A stretch of DNA of 63,705 nt, the filler included, from Platydemus manokwari (taxonomy: Eukaryota), in NCBI GenBank assembly GCA_037951405.1. It is 6 parts of 6 records of this genome, joined end to end, with 100 filler letters (N's around TTAATTAATTAA, not from the genome) between each part and the next. Parts side by side here need not be neighbours in the genome. Positions count along the whole stretch, not along the records: positions 19,541 to 29,992 come from JBBMOY011121663.1; positions 30,093 to 41,152 come from JBBMOY010941084.1; 4 more parts are not named here. One strand, given 5' to 3'. Position numbers and translations under genes: made by a program. Position 1 is the first letter of the stretch; every line of letters begins with the position of its first letter. The notes under the pieces were generated by a model, which was given only the letters and a program-made list of their open reading frames with translations, was not told where the DNA came from and searched no databases. Shown here piece after piece: positions 28,501-37,520 of the stretch.

Positions 28501-29173
28501 CTTTAAAAACCCATACGATGCATTTGAAATACCTTGACTTTTGGTTTGAGGCGTCTCATATGAACTTTGGACACATTTTTAATTAAAATTTTTAACTATA
28601 CTTAAAAACGATTAATTCAAATTGTTAAATAAAAAATATATAAACAAACTCTTTTATATCAATATCTAAATTTTCTAATTTCTTCAATCGGTTCACCATG
28701 TCGTTTGTGCTAGAAATAATCATCGGAGACATCTGCAAATGAATATTATAATTCAGAATATTATCGACTTACAATCACTTGACTTTTTTCAATTTTCCGG
28801 AAGTAAATACTGGACTAACTAAAGCTCGAACTCTTTCCCAGTCTTTTCCATTAAGTTGTGCCACATTAAATTTCAGTAAATTTGAGAATCCAAAATCCTG
28901 AGAAATTAATATCTTATTACTTTTTCAATGGTTTGAAAAGATTTTCTGCTACATATTTTTAACTACATAATAATGTAATTTAATTAATCTGTCAATAAAC
29001 AAATCAATGAACATAAAACTATTTATAACTATCTTGAGATGAGAAATTTAATAAAATTTACAAAACAATTACTTACTGGTCTGTCGATAAAAGATTTTGA
29101 GTCTTTTATAAATATTTGTTTCAAAATAGCTTCATCGGAAACCACCAATTTTGCATTTCGTCCAAAATATACC
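19541..29173 (-). CDS. Cytochrome P450, CYP3 clan (CYP3A-like). Exons 29173-29077, 28897-28784, 28732-28650, 25410-25262, 21028-20913, 20539-20279, 19781-19541(contig end). Heme-Cys exon not present; 5' exons unresolved
   Basis: WERVRALVSPVFTSGKLKK (C-helix WxxxR), YTMDVIAKTMFG, LSDDEILAQAIGFLFAGHEST (I-helix), ETLR (ExxR), IHHDEKIWSNPETF. Introns are GT-AG, phase-consistent, and the recovered exons have no stops. Confidence 0.9.
21420..25230 (+). mobile_element. Degraded NeSL-like non-LTR retrotransposon (Ulp1 protease, RT, CCHC, restriction-like endonuclease) in a P450 intron, antisense to the gene
   Basis: RT motifs GVRQGCPISMLLFNI and LAYTDDL; CGQCLYPTESQTHIF knuckle; QIDIKC and IVGVLGTW REL motifs; upstream Ulp1 motifs. 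Many stops and frameshifts. Confidence 0.85.
22385..22830 (+). pseudogene. Ulp1/C48 (SUMO) cysteine protease domain of the retrotransposon, disrupted
   Basis: WFSGDRMNNYI (cf. WLNDxxINxY), IFLTPVNVNNTH*TLLI (HW with TGG>TAG at 22579), IIDSM, and QNNNVDCGPFVC (Cys codon 22780-22782). Confidence 0.8.
25697..28226 (-). mobile_element. Degraded, internally deleted Ty3/gypsy element with ~88-bp direct terminal repeats (25697-25784, 28140-28226) in a P450 intron
   Basis: RT fragments TAFIT...PATFQKLM, YLDNVVIYGKT and WFLDNMVSAKGIQT...LGLTKYYRRFI; RNase H WITALSEYDF; integrase-like fragments in gypsy order; TGG immediately inside the right repeat. Confidence 0.85.
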
Positions 29174-29992
29174 CTACATCAAATAAAAAGAGAAGTGTTT
29201 AATGTATATTTAAGAAAACGAATTATAAATATTAATATTATCCCAGTTCATAATGGATTTCAATTGTAAAAACTTGAAACAGATTAAGCTTAATGATTCT
29301 CAAATTATAACGATCAATTTTATTGACATTAAATATTTTTCATAGTTTTTAATAACTTTTCCACAATAATTGACATTGTTTCGTTCAGTCTCAGTACAAG
29401 AGATTCTATTAATTAGGACGCAGTTTTGTAATACTTGTTTGATAATTTTTAGAAAGATCGAACAGATTATCTAATCTGACTTAATTTAGAGTTCCACATC
29501 ATAAATATAGTTATAAATATATTTTATTAAAATGAAAAATGCACTTATACCAATTTGGTATTTATATTTCCTTAGATATTAATAATAGTTAACATTCAAT
29601 ATTAATAATAAAGTATATAAAATAATTTCTTGAATATTTTCATGAATATCGTTATTGGAAACTAGATTTTATCAAATATGAGGAATAAATTTTGAGAAAA
29701 TTCATAATTTTCCAATTATGATCACAGATAATCATAATGACGTGCCTTCGATTTATTTAATATAAAAATTAATTTTTTTAAGAGAAATGAATTTTGTTGA
29801 TAATTTATATTATATTTAAAATATTGAAAAAATTATCTTCTCATTTATGATTGTTTTAATGGAATACGATAAACATTTTTGAAGAACTAATAATATTTTT
29901 ACTATAATTTCCCAATATTGTACTGACTCATTAAATACTGTAAAAAGAACTTTTCTAAAGATAGACATTTGAAGTAAATTAGGGTTAAGTGT

Positions 29993-30092
29993 NNNNNNNN
30001 NNNNNNNNNNNNNNNNNNNNNNNNNNNNNNNNNNNNTTAATTAATTAANNNNNNNNNNNNNNNNNNNNNNNNNNNNNNNNNNNNNNNNNNNN
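29993..30092. other. Artificial contig linker
   Basis: N44-TTAATTAATTAA-N44. Confidence 0.97.
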
Positions 30093-30899
30093 AAACAAAG
30101 ATTTTGTTTATTCGCAACAAATTCTTTTGTTTAAAGCAAACCAAGGTCAAAGAAGAAAAATTTTCATAATTCTATTTTTAGCTACTACGTCATTGCTAAA
30201 AATAGTGTGGGTCAAAAACAGTAGGCTGTTGCTAAATTTAGGCATGACGTCTCGAGAGTTTCTAAATTTAGAAAAAAATGAGAACAAAAAATAGACACAC
30301 TAGAATGACGTATGCAACCTACAAAATCAGTATAAAAGAGCAAGCAAATTCATTTTGATTGCACTTTTTCATACTTGCACTGTATTACAAGCTATTAATT
30401 CAGCGAAACTTTTCCTCACGAAGCATTTTGACGAACCAATTTTCTCAAATTATTTATTCACGAAGCATTTGTATTAACCAGTTTTATCCCAAGAATTATT
30501 CGAACAATCTCATTGAGTCTTTTTTACAAGAAGCATACAAGAAAATTTCATTCCCAATTCAACTACTTATATTCAGAAACCATGATGAGTAAAATTTTAT
30601 ATTTTTATGTGCCTACAGCTGTTTCGATAGCTGTGTGGTTGTTTTAAATTCACCCAAGTTCAAACTTTATCTCCCACCTTTTTTTATCCACAGGGGTGTC
30701 TTGCTAATTAGTTAGGCACACCTGATTGTTCTACGGAAGGGATCTGATCGTCCACAATAGTGTCTTGTAGTTTACATTTAAATTTGTTATATTAATAAAA
30801 GTATTATATCGAAATTATTTACTTAATTATTGATTTTATCATTTTCAGGAACACTCATATTTTACAAGTATCTATATTTTAAATATTATTATTATTATA

Positions 30900-30984
30900 G
30901 TTTGAGAGTGATTTGAACACTTCCCGCGTATCTGATTGGAACAGATTCTGTTGGGAGCCAAATCGCAACCTACCTTCATACTAT
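30900..30984 (-). repeat. Possible tRNA-derived SINE head or tRNA pseudogene
   Basis: Minus strand has an A-box-like TAGTATGAAGGTAGG and a T-arm AGTG-TTCAAAT-CACT; no convincing cloverleaf. Confidence 0.3.
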
Positions 30985-31456
30985 ATTAAATCCGAACGTT
31001 ATATTGTATTCGTAATCTTATAACACCAAAATTTCGTTCCAATTTCATTTATTGCTATCTTGTCTTATAAAACCCCAACAATATTTATATTTAAATAAAA
31101 TTACACTCTTTAGAAATACGTAGGATTTAAAATGAATAATAATATTTAAAAAAATTCATAGTTTCTTTTACGAAAATTTCTAAAATAATGTACATAAACC
31201 TGTGTAATAATTTTTCTTCTAACACAAAATACTGAACAACATTGTAATATAAAATTCCATATTGGATAAATAATTTTCAAATCTTACAAAATATTCAAAA
31301 ATTATTTACATAAATAAGAGAAAGGCCAATATTCGATTAAATTAATTTAATTTATTTCTATAACCACTTTCAATTTTATAAAAGTAATTCAACAAATTCC
31401 AGAAAATCTGTTTTAAATTATTATCGAATTAATTTTTTAAGTTCATAATATTTAAA

Positions 31457-32183
31457 ATGGAAAATGAATATTATAATGTCAGGATATTAAGACAAGGATC
31501 AATTTCCGAATCCGAAGATGGTTCTTACAAGTTGAGATCTAATATATGCTTAGTCACTGGATCGAAAAATATTCTTGTAAACACTGGTGGAGCCTGGGAA
31601 GCAGATACATTAAATACATTGTTGATTAACTCAGGATTTTCAACTAATTTATTCGACTATGTTATTTGTACAAACAATAAAAGTGATAATATTGGGAATC
31701 TAAACTTATTTACAAATGCAACTCACATTGTTGGTCATGATATTCAGAAAGACCAATCGTTTTTGAATCATAAATTCTGCAACGAAATTCCATTTGAAAT
31801 AGATAGGAAAGTTAATTAATATATTATTGTTTTTTATTTGATTAATCATGTTAAGATTTCTGTTATACCTACTCCTGGAAGAAGTATGACAGATTTAAGT
31901 GTTATCATCGACAATGGTCCAGATGACGTCACTGCGATAGTGGGTGATATGATATTTTGTGAAGAAGAAATTAAGAACGACTATGAATTTAATGCTTGGC
32001 CTATCTGGAGTATAAATAAGCTCATAAGAAATAGAAGAAGTATAATGGAAAGAGTTCATCGAATAATACCCGGTCGTGGAAAAGAATTTATGGTTAAGAT
32101 TAAATTCAATGTAATATCATTCATTCTTGTTTTAGGTTCGCGAAGATCATTGCATATCGCCAACTATTCATTTTGATGATTGA
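31457..32183 (+). CDS. MBLAC1-like: MBLAC1-like metallo-beta-lactamase-fold protein (~212 aa) lacking metal-ligand histidines. Exons 31457-31810, 31856-32092, 32136-32183
   Basis: ILVNTGGAW, VICTNNKSDNIGNLNLF, PTPGRSMTDLSV, IVGDM and IIPGRG align motif by motif to MBLAC1 (ILVDTGGPW, THGHSDHIGNLxLF, TPGHT..DVSV, GDL, IVPGHG). Two short GT-AG introns (45 and 43 nt); AATAAA at 32210. Confidence 0.88.
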
Positions 32184-32313
32184 CATACTGATTGAAATTT
32201 TTGCTCTTTAATAAATATTTATGTAATTTTAAAGTTATAAAAAATAACAATATAGTTTTATTAAGTAGTAAATGTTAAATACATTTATTAAAACAACAAC
32301 GGACAACTAAATT

Positions 32314-34902
32314 TCATTCATTCCCATTAAGAATAAATTCATTGTTTTTGATTTCCGCTTTTGGTAGATCTTTTTCAGCATCCTTTTCAAATTGTCTATC
32401 AATCTTTGATTTTGCTCTCTCCAACACATCCCGTGACATCCTCAACAAACCATTATAAATATCTTGAAGTTGATTGACTTCCCGGACATTTTTACGTTCA
32501 ATGTATAATTTCGATTCCAGCTCCTTAAATTCACTGTTTAAACTATTTTCCATGTCTTTTGATGTGTGATAATGAGCTCGAATGTTTTCTATAAAGTTAG
32601 TAGTGATATAAATTAGAATTAAATAATCTTACCTAATTCTTCTTTACAGTCATTAAAATTTGATATAATGGTTTTAATTTCAGACTCGATATTTTTAATT
32701 CGTAATTTTGTATTTGCTTCATCATCCGTATAGATTGTTGATTCATTATTGACAACTAATTTCAATTTATTTCCTCGACTTAATTCGAGATCACTGATGC
32801 TGTCATCGAGCCTATCAACATTAAGTTCTCGATAATAGACACCCCCACGTCTACTTATAGCCTTAGCGATTAACTTCCTGGCTTGAGATCTCGATAAATC
32901 CAATCCAATAGAGTGAAGTATTTCCTCCAAATCATGCTCTTTAATATAATCTGCATGATCAACATCAAAAATACAAAATGACATCAATGTTTCTGCATCA
33001 AGTGGAGTCTTGTTAGGAACAGTTGCTTCCATTGTTGGTTTATTTTCAATTGTTTCTTCTCGCTTACGCTTTGCATCTGGTTCACCTTCAACTTTTTCCG
33101 TTTGTTCTGGGGGTACAGGTAATTTCACTAAGGTTTTATATATTTTAAAGGCAGAATCACGTTGAATCATTTCATTGAATTGCTCAGCAAAAACTGATAC
33201 TTCAAACGTGTTCTCTTTTTGATCGTCGCTTCTGTATTCGAGTAGATTGTGAAGTGACACTAGCTGACAATCAAATTTGCCATTTTTAACAGTTTTATTT
33301 GTATGGACCACAATCGACGGATTATCATTCATTTTGTACAATCGTTCGAAACGCTTTTTATCTTTGTCTGATAGATCTCGTATTTCATTTTTTTCCATTG
33401 ATTCACAAGCAACATCTTTCGATATTTTTTCCGTTTGTTTGCATTCTTCAACATTGACTGCTTCAGGATCAATTTTTGCATTACTTGCATCAATACCATC
33501 ATCCTACAAATCCATAAAAAATATTAAAATAAATATAATCACCTTTTCGTCTTCTTTTGCAATCGATTCTTCAACCTTAAAAAATTATAAATACACCTTA
33601 TTTCAAATATTTTTATTATTTTTCAAATTTAAATATTAATTATATTTATAAAATTACTTTCTCCTCGTTTTGTTCTTTTTTTTCATCAGTATCTACGATT
33701 TCAACACTAGGTTCAGGAATTGGTGGATTGATGATATTTTCCAGTGCACCAGTATATTTTTTCTTTGCTTCTTCCCATTTATCTGAATCAGGCATACAAT
33801 CCCAAATGGATGGTATGAACAATACCACAGTTTCAACGCGAAAATCAAGCTCAGCATCATTACGACTTTCATCATTTTCGCAGGATATATTTGTGCCTTG
33901 TCTATCAGCTGGACGATAATAATGAAATTCAATAAATCTGTACCTAAATAAAATTTAAAAGTTGTGCTCAAAAATTATGATTACCATTCTTTGCAAGGAG
34001 ATAAGTCGATACCCGTCAATTGCTTACATGTTCTTATAGCTGTATTTATTAGAACCTTTGGATCTTCGTCCGGGTTTGGACCATCTAAACTTGATGACCA
34101 AGGTCCACCAATCGCCATTGGTTCATTTTTACCTTTAGATCCAACAAGAAAATGCAGAGTTTTGTTTAAAGTTTTATATTGATTATTATCAGAAATATCA
34201 CTATCACCATCACAAACTGCCTTAATAATATCGCCCATTTCTGGAGAACTTATAAGCATTACTTTAGCAGAGTATATATAGTTTGCGTCAGATGGTTCGG
34301 CTTCTTCACTTACAAATGGCGTGAGTGGTTCAACGTCACGATGAAAAACTTGAAAAGTAGTTTTATTTCCAATTTTCATCGGGGAATAGATAGGAAAAAC
34401 TTCTTGCCAACGAAAATCGGAATGGAAAAAGTCAGAAGGAATATATAACTTAAGATATCTTGATCTTAACAAAGATATCGAGCCTTCTTTTAAATCATAA
34501 ACAACTTTAGGTGCTTTAACACTATACTTAGAAATAGGTTTTTTACTCACGACAGTAGGAGCAGTATTGTTATAATTGCGACGAACAGCGGATTGATTAT
34601 TTTCATGAGTATTCTTTTTTGGTGGAACACCTTCATAACGATTGTGAAAATCTCTTTTACCACGTCTGAATTAATAGCGTATTATCATCTCTAAATTTTT
34701 AAGTATTTTATACTTATTTTCCTCTCGGTAACCACCACGATTACCTCCATAGCCTCTACGCTCATTGTAGACATTGCCATAATTCATTTGATTCCCATAT
34801 CCTTGTGAATACATATAATTACCTAAACAAGTGTTAAAAGGCTTCGAGAATGTTAATGTAAATACTATTATTCAATTGGTTTCTCCATGACCTATTCGCC
34901 AT
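32314..34902 (-). CDS. CCAR1: CCAR1 (cell cycle and apoptosis regulator 1), ~763 aa. Exons 34902-34866, 34822-34714, 34665-33985, 33943-33658, 33575-33543, 33503-32633, 32588-32314
   Basis: LYIPSDFF; DBC1 domain FLVGSKGKNEPMAIGGPWSSSLDGPNP...TAIRTCKQLTGIDLSPCKEW|YRFIEFHYYRP; KENTFEVSVFAEQFNEMIQRD; EF-hand-like FDVDHADYIKEHDLEEILHSIG; C-terminal coiled coil. All phases are consistent. Confidence 0.93.
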
Positions 34903-35151
34903 TGTTAATTTAAAAAATTATAGAAATAATAATAGATATAATTTAGTTAAACAAAGAAATTTAAATAGAGATGTACAATACGATTATTCAAAAACATATA
35001 TTTTTTTACAATTTAGATTACCGAAATAGATCCAAATAAATTTTATGAAATACAATTTATTATGTTCAATTAAATTCACCAATTTGTTTAGAAATGACGA
35101 TAATTAAATCATTTTAAATTTAATTTAAATTTGATTTTTTAATTAAAGTCG

Positions 35152-35159
35152 TGACGTCA
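35152..35159. promoter_or_regulatory. Full CRE palindrome TGACGTCA in the CCAR1/HSBP1 divergent intergenic region
   Basis: Exact match about 250 bp upstream of the CCAR1 ATG, in otherwise very AT-rich DNA. Confidence 0.45.
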
Positions 35160-35323
35160 TTACATTTTTAAAATGTTCATTTAAAATTTTGTATTTCTGA
35201 TAACTTTTCTTAAATAATGACTAAATGAATTGACTTAATTGTTATTTGTATTCCAACATTCATGAACGACTTTGTAAACATTATAAAGTTAGAAACCCAT
35301 GCTGGCTCATTAAATTCATATTC

Positions 35324-35338
35324 TGAAAATTCGGGAAT
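35324..35338. promoter_or_regulatory. Three-unit heat-shock element tGAAaaTTCggGAAt
   Basis: Exact nGAAnnTTCnnGAAn match about 470 bp upstream of the HSBP1 ATG. Confidence 0.4.
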
Positions 35339-35804
35339 TATTCTGTGAGAATGGTGTAAACCCAGGTGATTGTGCCAATTAAGAAATTAAGCGGAATGAG
35401 AAATATTGCAATGATAACTTTGGTTTATATTTATTATATCTAGTTAAATTTTGGATGGCCATTATACCTTTATATATTTTTTAATTTGACAACGGTTCAT
35501 ACAAAATTTATCAGATAAGAAAAATGTCCAGGATTAATTAAACTCATATTTATAAATTATTTTAACATACGATAAATGTATTTTAATTAATTATTTTTTT
35601 ATTAAATTTACAGAGTATTCAAAGAATTATAATTGTAACTGTATAGCATGAAAAATTTAAGTTATTCAGCAAATTGATCATTTCGTGACATTAAACCCTA
35701 AACAAACATTTTATTTTACTTATCATTTAAAATAATGGTTAAATAAAGATTTCATAACTTAAATCGAATTGTTTTAGTAATTTACGTATTTTACGAAATT
35801 TAAA

Positions 35805-36126
35805 ATGGAAAGAAATGTTGATGCTAACAAAGTAAATAATATACCAGATTTGACATCTCAAGTTTCATTTTATTGATTATTACACTCGTTAATTTATTTA
35901 TACTTTAGATACAAACTATGTTAGATCAGATGCAAAATAGGTTTCAAACAATGGGCGATGAAATTACAGCTAAGCATATCCTTTTATTTTTAAAATTCTA
36001 TAAATTGAAAAATTGATTTTCATACTATTTATCCTTAACCACATTATTTTACTTGATTCAATGTCAGATAGAATAGACGACATGGAAAAGAATATTGCCG
36101 ACATAATGAAAACTACAGAAAATTAA
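35805..36126 (+). CDS. HSBP1: Heat shock factor binding protein 1 (65 aa). Exons 35805-35861, 35909-35975, 36053-36126; second intron is U12-type AT-AC
   Basis: Spliced product MERNVDANKVNNIPDLTSQ|IQTMLDQMQNRFQTMGDEITAK|LDSMSDRIDDMEKNIADIMKTTEN matches HSBP1 ([46 protein letters not shown]). Not in the ORF track. Confidence 0.93.
35976..36052 (+). other. U12-type (minor spliceosome) AT-AC intron, 77 nt
   Basis: 5' ATATCCTTT, branch site TCCTTAAC at 36032-36039, terminal AC at 36051-36052; removal restores the HSBP1 frame. Confidence 0.93.
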
Positions 36127-36849
36127 ACGTTGTCAATTATTTACAAATCGTTTTATCTTTGCAAATTTCAATAAAATTTTTATAAAATATATTTCAGCAT
36201 TAAAATTATTCTCAAGAAAATCTAATTATTAATTACTTTGTAATTTTGATCAAAGTTAAATTGCATGTTTTGACTTCAGGTATGTGTAACGATTCGAAAT
36301 ATTTTGTGAAGAATGATAAGATTTTTATAATTTTAATAAATTCAATGTTTGGTTGTATTTATTTGAACTTATAAAGCTGCACGGATTATTTTATTTTTAT
36401 ATTAATGATTATTTAAAAACAGTAATGTTATAAAAAATTTTGTAATGATTTTCTTTTGGAGATGATAGTAATTGGTAATATATTTTTTTCTCATCAAATA
36501 CTGTGTTAAAACAGTTGGAATTTGAAATATAATTTCTGTTAATAGAAACAATACAAAGTTTCAGTAAATTTAGTACAAATCAGAACAAGGTATTAAAATT
36601 GCTCCTCTACTAAATAATTTTAAATTTCAAACTCAATTTCTTCTATATACTTCTAGTAAACTATAGCTTGATATATTGGATTTTAAAATTAATTATTTCG
36701 TCTATGAAATTCAAGAAAATATAACATTTTAAAAATTACAGTCAAACATGTTTAACATGATAGTCAATATACCTATTTTTACTTAGGTGCACGTTTAAAA
36801 AGTTATATTTGCGTCGATTAAAAAATTTAACATATAATTTAAAGCAACC

Positions 36850-37520
36850 AATAGAATTTGTTATTTTCAATTACCTCGATTCTTTTTTCTCATTGAAAAT
36901 CATCAACAAATTTTACTGGTATCATTTGGAAAATTAATTTAAAAATCAATTTTTTTTACACATGGATTGGCTTCGTATCCTGTAACAATTGCATCTCATA
37001 TTTTAGTTCCACTTTTTCATAACCTTTTACGTACTTCTACTAAACCAAGTAAAAGTTCTTCATCAATTTTTGAATTTATATCAAAGTACAAAAATCATCT
37101 AATTATTCGACATGAGTTTTCATGAGACTTGGTAAAACAATTATAGATAGTCGTTGACTTGACACTATGCCAACCATGACTTGAAACCCATCAACATTTT
37201 TGCACAACTCTTAAAGTCTAATGTTATTACTTAAATCAAAAATGATTGATGAACTTAAACAATGACAATAATTTCGAAAGATATTTATAATATATCGGTC
37301 AAGAGATAAATTAAGAGATTGTATTTGGTGCTCAATAATAACTCCTTGTTGCTCATTTCTAATTTTTTTTGGTGAATTGACAGAATAATAAGATTAAGTC
37401 CCTCTGTTTTCATTTTACTGTATAATTTTTAACTAATTTAGAAACATTCTTAGAGTCATCTAAGACTTTGTATTCCGAGTGCAACAAAACAATGCCAACT
37501 TTTCCAAGTCAAAATTTTTA
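36850..37520 (-). mobile_element. Degraded hAT-like transposase fragment
   Basis: Minus-strand NVDGFQVMVGIVSS (cf. SDGASVMxG..SG) followed by a PSLMKTH-like stretch (cf. P.L...HC); no ORF. Confidence 0.35.

Noticed and set aside
30638-30662. Resemblance to nematode SL1 (GTTTTAAATTCACCCAAGTT)
   Set aside because: Imperfect match, no AG|GT donor or SL RNA structure follows, and it is not adjacent to the NeSL-like element.
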